This document shows, in pieces, positions 10,420 through 22,132 of a stretch of 64,000 nucleotides of DNA. The translations under genes and the position numbers were made by a program. Below the pieces are notes generated by a model. The model was not told where the DNA came from. It did no database searches and saw nothing but the letters and a program-made list of their open reading frames with translations. The stretch comes from Macrostomum hystrix. Its lineage: Eukaryota; Animalia; Platyhelminthes. How positions within the stretch are numbered: position 1 is the stretch's first letter; the number at the start of each line of letters is the position of its first letter. The stretch is taken from the NCBI GenBank assembly GCA_950097015.1, contig CATNEN010000025.1, positions 8,804,001 through 8,868,000 of the forward strand, read 5' to 3'.

Positions 10420-10510
10420 TACCTACCTGCCTGCTTACCTACCTACCTACCTACCTACCTACCTGCCTACCTACCTACCTACCTACCTACCTACCTACCT
10501 ACCCACCTAC
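10420..10510. repeat. (ACCT/ACCC)n microsatellite (also ~35164-35254)
   Basis: acctacctacct... run immediately upstream of a splice acceptor. Confidence 0.95.
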
Positions 10511-10517
10511 CCATCAG

Positions 10518-10876
10518 GTGATTCTGGCCGGCGACCCGATGCAGCTCGGCCCAGTGGTCCAATCAACCTGGGCACTGAAGTTCGGCCTAGGCGAGTCCCT
10601 GCTCCACCGCCTCATAGAGACCTCGCCGGCCTACGCCCGACGTCCCGGTCGCTATCCGGACGACGGCTACGATCCCCTGCTGGTGACGAAACTGCTGGAG
10701 AACTACCGCAGCCATCCCGCACTGCTCACAGTCTACTCCGACCTGTTCTACCATTCCGAATTGATTCCGCGAGTGGATCCCGCGGCCGGCAATCGGTTCC
10801 TGACCTGGCCCAGCCTGCCGAATCCCCAAGTGCCGCTGCTATTTCACGGCGTCATCGGCGAGGACCGGCTCGAAGG
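10518..10876 (+). pseudogene. MOV10L1: Orphan exon of a MOV10/MOV10L1 (Armitage)-family Upf1-like RNA helicase, cut off by a repeat insertion
   Basis: Acceptor ccatcag| then VILAGDPMQLGPVV...PLLVTKLLENYRSHPALL...LFYHSEL...PLLFHGVIGEDRLEG, matching the motif III-IV region of MOV10-family helicases. The expected SPSxFN is replaced by repeat sequence; no other helicase exons in the window. Confidence 0.85.
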
Positions 10877-11050
10877 AGCAGGCCCAGTCAAATAGGGAAT
10901 TCGTTTTAACAACAAACCTATACCCTTACCTAAACCATAATTAACACTAAACCGAAACCGAAACCGAAACCTAACCCTAATGTTGTGACTGATTGTGTGA
11001 GTACACTTGCCCTGCGAGCAAACCTAGCGTGAGTGACCTTATACACAAAA
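10877..11050. mobile_element. Short interspersed element with central (cctaac/cctaaa/ccgaaa)n, Helentron-associated (HINE/DINE-like) by inference; also ~35621-35794 and a diverged copy at 49032-49221
   Basis: cccagtcaaatagggaattcgttttaacaacaa ... aatgttgtgactgattgtgtgagtacacttgccctg ... tatacacaaaa is shared at unrelated loci. Confidence 0.6.
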
Positions 11051-11051
11051 A

Positions 11052-11536
11052 TCGGGACTTCTAAAGCGATAGAAACGCTGTGGCTAAGAGTGTCGGCTTG
11101 ACTGTGGACAATGTCGAAGGCACTTTCTGAAGTCTGTTTGGTGGGCGCTTTTACTCATAATTTTTTATTGGCTAACAATTAATTAACAATTAATTAACAA
11201 TTAATTAACAATTAATAAATTAAGCGTTGCTTAATTTAGTTTTGCTTATAAAAACAAAAATGTTTTTACGATCGCTTATTGCCGGTTTGCGAAGGAAGGA
11301 AAACCGAAATTGTCATTTTTTCGTTTTTAGTTGAAATCTAAAATAATCGGTAATACATGCTGAAGAAGCAGAAGTGCCCCATTGTCAGTCGACCTTTCGA
11401 ACCCCCGCGCGTGCGCGTATCTAGCTTGTAATTGCGATCCCCGCGAGCCAGTTCCTGTATTCCCATGTTTTACTTCTCTGTTTAGTAGTAATTGGTGATG
11501 GAGCTAATGATATATTGATAAAGGTTCCCCAATTAA
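11052..11536 (+). mobile_element. Dispersed ~480-bp repeat (left-truncated copy); family members start CAGGGTAATC
   Basis: Homologous to 20706-21237, 23341-23659, ~35796-36280, 44218-44749 and 46854-47343. Confidence 0.8.
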
Positions 11537-11754
11537 GTTCATCACTTAAAAGACAGTCTACGTCTACGCTCAACGACTCAAATCCAGCGTCAGCTACTGG
11601 CTCCTCGGTCACGGCGTGTGCCACTCGAGATGAATGGAAAGTGTCCGATTCATCGACGAGCTTGTCCCACAGCTTTACAGCGACAATGTTTGTTAGTAGT
11701 AACCCATCTGTTGCCCTTCCTGTCGCCAAGGCTATTTCGCTCAGTACTGACGGT

Positions 11755-12200
11755 CAACGAGAACTTCTAGTCCGCGTCTTGTTGGACACGGCTAGCAATA
11801 GGTCATACATCAGGAAGGATGTGTGTGAACTCTGAAACATCGAGTCCGCCACAACTGAATCATTGACGGTGTCGACCTTTACAGGTATCAATACCACAAT
11901 TGCATCAGGTAGCGTCTCAGTCTCAATTCGAAAAATCGATTCACACTAAGTTCTGAAATTGCGTGCTAATTTTGTCAAAGAGATCTGCGAGCCTCAGCGC
12001 TCAGTCTTAGTGAACGAATTCCCTCACCTGAACGGCTTGGACTTAGCGGATCCGTACGACCCTCGTGATGCAAGCACCGATCTCAATCCTAATTGGCGCT
12101 GATCACTACTACGATATTGTCGGTGGTAATGTCGTTCGTGGGTGTGAGGGACCGGCGGCTGCGTCGTCCAATCTGGGATTCGTTCTCTGTGGACCAGTGA
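11755..12200 (+). pseudogene. BEL/Pao LTR-retrotransposon aspartic protease region (DUF1758-like), degenerate; copy 2 ~36499-36944
   Basis: VRVLLDTASNRSYI...(stop)...PISILIGADHYYDIV...SSNLGFVLCGP matches Pao-type protease motifs; in-frame stops. Confidence 0.8.
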
Positions 12201-12345
12201 AACTTAAAGAGAAAATGTCTAGTCGCTCTAGTAGATTAAAAATTCATTCGCTTATCCACTCTCTTATCCGAGTTCCACTGGTATTCGTATTAATTCATTT
12301 CGCCTTTGGTGTTGGTATATTTTTCACATAATCTCCATTATCTCA

Positions 12346-14336
12346 CATTAATCTCTGCATTAATATCTGCATTAATTGCATTCTCTGCATTAATTGCATT
12401 CTTTGCATTAATCTCTGCATTAATTGCATTCTCTGCATTAATCTCTGCATTAATCTCTGCATTAATCTCTGCATTAATCTCTGCATTAATTGCATTCTTT
12501 GCATTAATCTCTGCATTAATTGCATTCTCTGCATTAATCTCTGCATTAATCTCTGCATTAATCTCTGCATTAATCTCTGCATTAATATCTGCATTAATTG
12601 CATCCTTTGCATTAATCTCTGCATTAATCTCTGCATTAATTGCATTCTCTGCATTAATATCTGCATTAATCTCTGCATTAATCTCTGCATTAATTGCATT
12701 CTCTGCATTAATCTCTGCATTAATCTCTGCATTAATTGCATTCTCTGCATTAATCTCTGCATTAATCTCTGCATTAATTGCATTCTCTGCATTAATCTCT
12801 GCATTAATCTCTGCATTAATCTCTGCATTAATTGCATTCTCTGCATTAATATCTGCATTAATTGCATTCTCTGCATTAATCTCTGCATTAATCTCTGCAT
12901 TAATTGCATTCTCTGCATTAATATCTGCATTAATTGCATTCTCTGCATTAATATCTGCATTAATTGCATTCTCTGCATTAATCTCTGCATTAATCTCTGC
13001 ATTAATTGCATTCTCTGCATTAATCTCTGCATTAATCTCTGCATTAATCTCTGCATTAATTGCATTCTCTGCATTAATCTCTGCATTAATCTCTGCATTA
13101 ATCTCTGCATTAATCTCTGCATTAATTGCATTCTCTGCATTAATCTCTGCATTAATTGCATTCTCTGCATTAATCTCTGCATTAATTGCACTCTTTGCAT
13201 TAATCTCTGCATTAATTGCACTCTCTGCATTAATCTCTGCATTAATCTCTGCATTAATATCTGCATTAATTGCATTCTCTGCATTAATCTCTGCATTAAT
13301 TGCATTCTCTGCATTAATCTCTGCATTAATCTCTGCATTAATATCTGCATTAATTGCATTCTTTGTATTAATCTCTGCATTAATCTCTGCATTAATTGCA
13401 TTCTCTGCATTAATCTCTTCATTAATTGCATTCTCTGCATTAATCTCTGCATTAATCTCTGCATTAATTGCACTCTCTGCATTAATCTCTGCATTAATAT
13501 CTGCATTAATTGCATTCTTTGCATTAATCTCTGCATTAATCTCTGCATTAATTGCATTCTCTGCATTAATCTCTGCATTAATCTCTGCATTAATTGCACT
13601 CTCTGCATTAATCTCTGCATTAATATCTGCATTAATCTCTGCATTAATCTCTGCATTAATCTCTGCATCAATTGCATTCTCTGCATTAATCTCTGCATTA
13701 ATCTCTGCATTAATCTCTGCATTAATCTCTGCATTAATCTCTGCATTAATCTCTGCATTAATCTCTGCATTAATCTCTGCATTAATTGCACTCTTTGCAT
13801 TAATCTCTGCATTAATTGCATTCTCTGCATTAATCTCTGCATTAATTGCATTCTCTGCATTAATCTCTGCATTAATTGCATTCTCTGCATTAATCTCTGC
13901 ATTAATTGCATTCTCTGCATTAATGTCTGCATTAATTGCATTCTCTGCATTAATCTCTGCATTAATTGCATTCTCTGCATTAATCTCTGCATTAATTGCA
14001 TTCTCTGCATTAATCTCTGCATTAATTGCATTCTCTGCATTAATCTCTGCATTAATTGCATTCTCTGCATTAATCTCTGCATTAATTGCATTCTCTGCAT
14101 TAATCTCTGCATTAATTGCATTCTCTGCATTAATCTCTGCATTAATTGCATTCTCTGCATTAATCTCTGCATTAATTGCATTCTCTGCATTAATCTCTGC
14201 ATTAATTGCATTCTCTGCATTAATCTCTGCATTAATTGCATTCTCTGCATTAATCTCTGCATTAATCTCTGCATTAATTGCATTCTCTGCATTAATCTCT
14301 GCATTAATTGCATTCTCTGCATTAATCTCTGCATTA
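12346..14336. repeat. ~2-kb tandem array of interleaved 12-bp (ttaatctctgca) and 18-bp (ttaattgcattctctgca) units; only ~750 bp in copy 2 (37090-37840)
   Basis: Directly visible; all units are multiples of 3, giving long ORFs on both strands. Confidence 0.97.
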
Positions 14337-14520
14337 AAAATAAAAACTACAATTAATATCTTCAAACTGTCATCCATGTTTTTGAGCTACATCTCTTTTT
14401 TATAAATGCTTCTGAAGTTAAATTGCGTTTAGCGACTCGTAATTATCCCAATTAACTTTCCCAACCCCTGTCATGCCTTCTAAATGATTTCATAAAAAAT
14501 GGCTTCGATTTTTGGGGGAG

Positions 14521-15427
14521 TGTCGTGAAATCACGAGTTATTATTAACCAATCCTGTTCACTGTACACCCTTGTGGTAATCTCCTTTTCTAACCCCGGTT
14601 ATTTGCCAGCTCAGCTCCACTCTTTGATCTCTATTATTGATTTTCCCCCGTGTCCCTTTACACTCTGACCCCTCCAGTCTAGCGTCTGCACCCATCATGT
14701 CTCTCCCTCTGCGCTCGTTATCGTGTGTACACCCTAGGGTTTTCATACCCTCATTTGTCTCTCCTCGCTGTAGACCCCATCTGTCGCTTGTCCTTAAATT
14801 AAATCGGTCACGGAACTCAGATCCAAGATTTATTGTGGAAACGTTAAACGTTCTTCACTGGAATTCTTCTTCAGGAATTCTTCGCTGGAAGAGTCCGTGG
14901 TAGTTAAAAGCGGAAATTTTTTTCCTAATGTAGTGTCAGCTTGTTTGCCCTTCTATCTCCCCGTGTTATTATTCAGTACTTATTTTTAGACACGTGTTTT
15001 TTGCTAAAAGTCACCCACGCCAAGCCGGGCGGACCAGCCGGGGGAACGGACGCCCACCACCCCGCGAGCGCTACCCCTGGGCTACAGTCCCGGCCAATCA
15101 GCGAGCGACCCGGCCTCACTACCTGTCTACCCTCGGCAAGAAGCTACCCCGGGGCTCAGAACGGCGGTTGCAAGTCTACTGTGATTTGTCGCCTTGGCTA
15201 CAGCCAGGCATCCACCTCGCCGATCGACCTAATTTGGGGTTAAAATGACTCTATAAAAGGAAGCGTGTTTTTGCAGTGACTTTTATCGTTCTCCGCAATT
15301 CGCCTCACACTGTGAGAAGCACGTGCAAACCAGTCCACTTTGTTTTGTCTCTCCCCGCCCGACCACGCTCCGCTTGTTCAGTTAGGTAGCTTTCGGCGCT
15401 ACGCGTCTTGAGAGTGCGCCGCTGACA
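14521..15427 (+). mobile_element. Putative 3' LTR of the BEL remnant (copy 2 starts 38033); right end uncertain
   Basis: Polypurine tract gggggag (14514-14520) directly followed by TGTC; CCAAT at 15094, TATAAAA at 15252; possible GACA end at 15427. Confidence 0.5.
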
Positions 15428-18080
15428 AGGGTGGTCTAGATAGGCGCTTGTTGTCGAAGTCAGTACGTGCTCTCTTCGGAGACTCCGCCGTCACACAGAA
15501 GGAGTGCCAACCGATAGGATCTGTCGGGGCAGCGCTGAAAGCAGAGACAACCGGAGCCTCTCGGGAAGAGTAGGGCGCTGATTAGGCCAGTTTAAGTAAA
15601 ATTGTTATATCCAAATTGTTAGACTAAACTTGCTTTTCACTGTGAGCGCGCTATAATTTATTTCCGTGTGAACATCCTTATTCTGTCAATGGAACTTTTA
15701 AATCAAGTAAACGAGATTAAAATCAATTCCTGCTCTTATCTGGAATCTTAGCGAGTCACAACAGATTAAATCACTCACAATCAATTTATTCGAGTCTTCG
15801 CGTTCATACTGTGTTATTCTTTTTCATTGGGAGTTTCGCCGGGCCGGGAGGAACACGCGGGTCCCATCGCTTATCTATTCCGCTTCGCTCGCTACCGCAG
15901 TCTCTATAAACGCTATATAATTCCAGATTCCCTGCTGCTATTGAAACCATTGGTAGGACACCGACCCCGGTGAATAGTCGCTAGCTTTAAATTCCTCACG
16001 CTCCAGCTAGGACATTCATTTTATTACACTAACGAATTTTAAATGAATAGAGATGATAAACTTAGGGATTTGACTAAATCAATGAAGTATGTAACAAGAA
16101 GAAAAATCTAAAGCCTGCGGACTGGTCGCTGACTAGCTATTGTAATTTGTAACAGAGTATGATGAGCTGACATTAATAATTGTATTCAGAAATGGACTAC
16201 AAGTCAAAAAACTAAAAAAATACCCAGCGGGAAAGCCTACCTCGAATCTAGCTGAATGTAACTCTAGTTTTTAGGATAGGTTTGAATTTTCTTTTTAGTG
16301 CACCAAAGATGCTTTTTGCATCAAAATCATGCACCAAAAAAAATCGTCCAGTTTCAGAAAAATCGGCCAAACAAAAGTTTAACTTAAAATAGCAAGAATA
16401 AGTCTAGTTATATATTCTAGCTATATAGTGTCTGTCGTTTTTCGAGAAAAAAAAATTTTGTTTTAAAATATTTTCATAGCACAGAATAACAAAACTTTAC
16501 AATTATATATTTGTTCTTACGCGAAACAAAGTCTGGGTTGTAAAATAGCAATCTCTTAATTAAGTATGATAATAAAAAAGAAAAAAGTGAAACGTCTTAC
16601 CATTGGTACAGTTCATTTTTTAACTTTTCTTGTGTTCTCGCGCGCCGACTAACTAGCAAGCCTACATTTTATACTATAGATTTGACTGGTTCCTACGTCT
16701 CGCTTTTTTTGGTGGAAATTACCAAGGTACGGAAATGTTAAAACCTCTATCAGAACGTTTACAACTCTTATGTGTTTCTTTCTCATTTTGAACTTTTTAT
16801 TATTACTTATTTCGATACAGCAATTATGTACAATATAATGTTGTAGGTATTGCTAATGTAGCTATTTAGCTGGTCAATCAAAGCACTTTGCTGAGTTTTT
16901 TTAATCAAAATATACATTTCAACTTGCTAAGGTTTGCTAAGGTAATAGACAAATCAACGAAAATATACAAATCAGTTCCTTTAAAAGTATTTCGAGTTAG
17001 TGGCGTGACATTTTTTAAAGAAATGTTTATTTAAATTGAACTATTTTAAGAAAATATATTATAAATTGTATTAGGAATTTAAGGGATACGTTGCTGTCTT
17101 AAAAAACTATCCTAATTGCATGCAATGCAGAAGATGTTGAACTATTTAGATCCCCATTTTACCTTACAATATGTGATTGTTGTTTTTTACATCTTGTGAT
17201 ATGATTTTGTTAGTATGCTAAAAGTTTTTTTTAACTCTTTTTAGTTTTCTACTTGGCAATTTTAAACAGCCCGTGCTGTTTTACACCTTCTTGTAAAATC
17301 TTGATATCTTATGAAACTTTGCTGAAATTCAAAAGCTGAAGGAGCAAGCTATTGAAAATGTAATTCTTATCTATCATTGTTTTTTATTCACCGACTGGAA
17401 TTACCTGGGTGGGACATCGGTTTTGGACCATATTAGAAGTGGAGGTGTCTATTTTATGCACCTGTTGTTTTCTGCGGTTGAGTCTTATGAAAGGCAATAT
17501 TTACTCGATTCTTAAATACCTTGTATGATTGTGGCTGTTTTAGTCTTTTGCAGCTGCTTTAAGAATACTTTATTATTGCTTTTGTATGACAGTTCTTCGT
17601 GAGTCACGTTAATCATCTATCTATTTTCTAACATAGGTATTGTACTTGATTTTTTATTAACCTCATTTAACCTCATGGCGTCTTGTATCCAGCTATGTGC
17701 AATTTTCTAAGTAATTTTTGTGTATTCTAGTCATATTTATCTAAGTCACTTTGATAAATGTGGGACTGTTTTATGTGGGACTTCATTTTATCTATTCAAA
17801 AAACATCTGAAAAATGTCCTTTTGCACAAACATCTTTGCAATCATTTGTATTGATGTTCATTTTTATCTGCTTATTTGTGAAAGTATAGTATATAAAGTA
17901 TAGTTAATATGAGTACCAATACTGTTGCGTTTTATTGAGTGGATTTGCTTGTTGTTATTAAAAAAATCGAAGTAGGCTTACTAGGAGCAATACAAGATGT
18001 ACTTTTATGAGGCACAAACTTTTGCATCCTAACATCATAAATCTAATTCTTTAACTCTGTTTCAGAACTGAAAGCTTAAC

Positions 18081-20631
18081 ATGACTACAAAACTGAGCTC
18101 ATTAATCGTTATTTCTCTGCTGCTGATCGGTAAGTTAAGTGGCTTGTTCGTTGAGGTTACATAATGATATTGATTATTAATTATATTCGCTGATTACACT
18201 TGCCCGTTGGGGCTACATGTGCAACACAGCACAGCCGTAGCTATTGCGCGGCTCATCTGAAGGCAGCATGCAGCTGTTCAGTCCATGGACCGGGGGCCAC
18301 ACCTACCCTCATTACCAGCTAGTACCCGTTTTACAGCTGGGTGAACTGAAGCAATGCTGAGTGAGTTGTCCTGCTAGTGGACACGAATTGTGCCAGCGAA
18401 GGCCGAATCGAACCCCCGACCGTCAAGTCGATTAGTTTGAGAAAACCACTAGACTACAAACCTGATTTCATATAATTTTATTAAAAATCTGTACTATTAA
18501 TTATTTATTAAACATTGTCAGATACTGCCAGGTCTGCGGTTTGGCACTGCATACACAACGTACGCCACGAAGACTTCGTCAAAATCGGAGGACATCAACG
18601 CGATTAGGGTGAGTAGTATGTTGCAAACGGCCTTTATCGACCAGAAGATAAGAAATCCTTAGATTAAAGGATACTTATGTACTGAGTACGTAAGCGATGC
18701 CTTAAGAATAGCCAAGTAGGCGAGTTTTATAAGCACCCAGTTGTGTCAGATTTGCAGCCAATAACAATAGACTGCGCTTCCAAAGGCTGTGTGCCTGTAC
18801 GTGGACTGAGGAGGCCGCGACTCCCCACAAAAGTTTTTATCCGAGCTAATGCTGGCACTAGTTATATAGATGGCTGAATGTGAAGAAAATGCTATTTAAA
18901 CGACTTGCTCAACCCCCAAGACACATTTAGCTTCTATTCGTGCGGTTCTATCCAGTCAGCTGCAAGGAGCCAGGATAAAATAAAGCTGCGTCTGCTGTTT
19001 CAGGTGATAACGTATGTCCGAGGCGATCCGGGCTATAGGAAGAACCTGGAGTGCAGGTATCTTCTGAGAGTGATCAACTATGACCAGCCCAGACAGATGT
19101 ACATTGACGTGCCCGTGGTGGACTTTGACAACAATACTGACCCGTTTTGCAACAAAACCGACGTGTTCAGCTTCTGGCATAAGTACAACGAGAGTGAGTG
19201 GCTTGGCTTAAGACAAAAGTTTCCTCTAAGTTTCCTCTCAACCCTCGACAATTCAACACTCCTATCAAGGAGAAATCGTTTATAGTAATTCAACTAAAAC
19301 TCCGAGTCACAGTAATTTCGTCGGCTTTCGATGCAAATTAAAACTCTAACGTGGAAGTACAAGCAGGCAATGTGTGACTTTTTATTAAGGAAAATGTGGT
19401 GCTTTCGTTTTGGCTTTACGAGTGTAATTTTATTACTCTATAAATATTGCGAACATCTCTGTTTAATTTTTATTGAGTATTCACAACAGCTGCTATCAGC
19501 CGACTGCACACATTTCAGCTGCTTGGCGGCGGGAGTCCTGGTGCAGTGAATCGTCCGTGTCACGCAGTTTCCAATTCTTGCCGTTTAGACGGCAAATAAT
19601 CAACTTGTGGGACTCGTGAGTAGCACTGCAGCTTCTTACTGAGCTCTCTTATGAGAATGCGAGTTGAGACCCTGCTGCTTCACTACCCACTTCACTCTGC
19701 AGGTCGTACTACCTGACTGCGGAATTCCAGTCTGACAATGAGCAAGTCCGCTCCGATGCCAAGGGATTGCAGATGAATGTGCAGGTGCTGGGCAGAAATT
19801 GCCACAGGAACATGCTGTATCTCGATAACTACTGCTACCTGGTCACTCCTGAGAATGTGTCGCCAGCTCAATCCAATCAGGTTGGAAAACTCTTACTCGG
19901 CAACTTTTTCACTGTCCGAAACGCCTCTTCTGGCCGGGATATCTTAGACTTTCTGCGCAGATTCTCTGAGAGAAGTACGCATTTCTTTTTCGAATTTCTG
20001 ATGAGGATATTTTTGCTCAATTGTGCTCAATCTTGTCACCTCTTTGCGCTTCCCTCAGACAAAGCCAGGAAAGACGAGTATCCTTACGAGTCGCCACTGG
20101 CCCTGACTAATCTCAGACTGTGGACCGGCTACTTTGTGAACGAATACTCCTTCAGCGAGGAGGACCCGGTCATGTTTTACTCAGATCCGATAGACGACTG
20201 CATTGTCAAGCAAGTGAAAGTGTGAGTGCTGCTTCTCTATCCTGATTCTAGTCTAAAGGATATTGTAAATATCATATGGTTTAGAATGTCAATCATTCGA
20301 TTTCAGGACTCGTGAGATTTTGACCGGCTGTAATAAAAACCCAGCGCCTGTAGCCCTTAATTGGCTTAGCAACGGCAGCGTGCATTTTTCCTGTGTGCCA
20401 GGCAACGATTCGATGCCAGCTCTGATCCAGTTCAGCCAGATTCCTAAAACCAAGGGCGACCTGCACCCGCAGCTGTTCCGCACCTGCGACATCGCGCCGC
20501 CAACAACGACTACGACTCCGGAACCAACGACAACTACAGCGCCGCCACCAATCAGAGCAGTGCCGTCAGCGGCAATACTATCATTATTATTGATTTTGTT
20601 GTTGCCCTTGTTATCATCGTGGCTATTGTGA
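18081..20631 (+). pseudogene. CUB + C-type-lectin-like cell-surface protein gene, copy 1, with a +1 G frameshift in exon 2
   Basis: aaaatcggaGgacatc near 18590 vs aaaatcggagacatc in copy 2 creates a TAG before the donor; could be a sequencing error. Confidence 0.6.
18190..18464 (-). mobile_element. tRNA-derived CORE-like SINE in intron 1 of the CUB gene (copy 2 ~41702-41977)
   Basis: Minus strand head tagtctagtgg (A box) ... ggttcgattc (B box); homologous to 49536-49844. Confidence 0.8.
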
Positions 20632-20705
20632 TCGGTGTCGTTGTCTACTTTTGTCGTCAAAGAGGACAGCAGCCGCCATCAACTAATGGGGACTAGCCGC
20701 CACTG

Positions 20706-21237
20706 CAGGGTAATCAGAAGGTGAAAAAAGCCAGAAGCCGCTACTGGGGACGAACACTCGGGATTTCAAAAGCGATAGAAACGCTGTGGCTAAGAGTGTC
20801 GGCTTGACTGTGGACAATGTCGAAGGCACTTTCTGAAGTCTGTTTGGTGGGCGCTTTTACTCATAATTTTGCATTGGCTAACAGCGTTGCTTAATTTAAT
20901 TTTGTTTTTAAAGACAGAAATGTTTTTACGATCGCTTATTCACGGTCTGCGAAGGAAGAAAAACCGGAATTGTCATTTTTCTGTTTTCATTTGAAATCGA
21001 AAATAATCTGTAATGCATGCTGAAGAAGCAGAATTCATGCTCATCACCGAATCACTTTTTTAATTTTTTCCTAGAAAGAAGCTGCATTCATGCACTTTTG
21101 TGTGGTCGCATGTGAAGCCTTGTATAAACACAAGTAAACTTGATGTGCCGCACCACATTGCTATTTGATTTAGCTGGCTACCTGCCTCCCTACCTGCCCC
21201 ATTGTCAGTCGACCTTCGAACCCCCGCGCGTGCGCGT
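20706..21237 (+). mobile_element. CAGGGTAATC dispersed repeat with a ~150-bp internal insertion (copy 2: 44218-44749)
   Basis: Same start as the 23341 copy but different flank; ends at cgcgcgtgcgcgt. Confidence 0.75.
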
Positions 21238-21452
21238 TTCTCAGTCCCCAAACGAGGCCTGAGAATTAGTTCTCAGTCCTGCTTAATTTTTATTTTACAA
21301 ATTCGAATTAACACAACGTACTCAACAGAAAGTTCAAATAGCAGCGCCTATAGCGTCAACTTATATAGTGGTCGTAAATCACTCAAATATATGATTTCAA
21401 CGGCGTTGGTGTTACCATTTATCTTGAGCTTAATTTTCTTGGCCAGATTAGC

Positions 21453-22132
21453 ATCTCTTTGCATTGGGGAGGGGTTAACACAGCTGGGATAGGAGGAGAG
21501 GCCGGCCTATCTCTGTGCATTGGGGAGGGGTTAACACAGCTGGGATAGGAGGAGAGGCCGGCCTATCTCTGTGCATTGGGGAGGGGTTAACACAGCTGGG
21601 ATAGGAGGAGAGGCCGGCCTATCTCTTTGCATTGGGGAGGGGTTAACACAGCTGGGATAGGAGGAGAGGCCGGCCTATCTCTTTGCATTGGGGAGGGGTT
21701 AACACAGCTGGGATAGGAGGAGAGGCCGGCCTATCTCTTTGCATTGGGGAGGGGTTAACACAGCTGGGATAGGAGGAGAGGCCGGCCTATCTCTTTGCAT
21801 TGGGGAGGGGTTAACACAGCTGGGATAGGAGGAGAGGCCGGCCTATCTCTTTACATTGGGGAGGGGTTAACACAGCTGGGATAGGAGGAGAGGCCGGCCT
21901 ATCTCTTTGCATTGGGGAGGGGTTAACACAGCTGGGATAGGAGGAGAGGCCGGCCTATCTCTTTGCATTGGGGAGGGGGTTAACGCAGCTGGGATAGGAG
22001 GAGAGGCCGGCCTATCTCTTTGCATTGGGGAGGGGTTAACACAGCTGGGATAGGAGAGGCCGGCCTATCTCTTTACATTGGGAGGGGTTAACACAGCTGG
22101 GATAGGAGGAGAGGCCGGCCTATCTCTTTGCA
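21453..22132. repeat. 56-bp G-rich minisatellite, ~12 copies (copy 2 ~44965-45645)
   Basis: (attggggaggggttaacacagctgggataggaggagaggccggcctatctctttgc)n. Confidence 0.96.

Noticed and set aside
10960-10982. Telomere or interstitial telomeric array
   Set aside because: Only a few degenerate cctaa units embedded in a dispersed short element.
12306-14405. 699-aa hydrophobic ALIS/ALIAFS membrane protein and the MQRL repeat ORF
   Set aside because: Alternative frames of the same array with no ATG context or unique domain.
16560-17700. Possible minus-strand exons (donor-like cttacc near 16597, attacc near 17400)
   Set aside because: Could not assemble a phase-consistent reading frame.
21453-22132. 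CRISPR-like array
   Set aside because: Units are contiguous with no unique spacers, there are no cas genes, and the context is eukaryotic.
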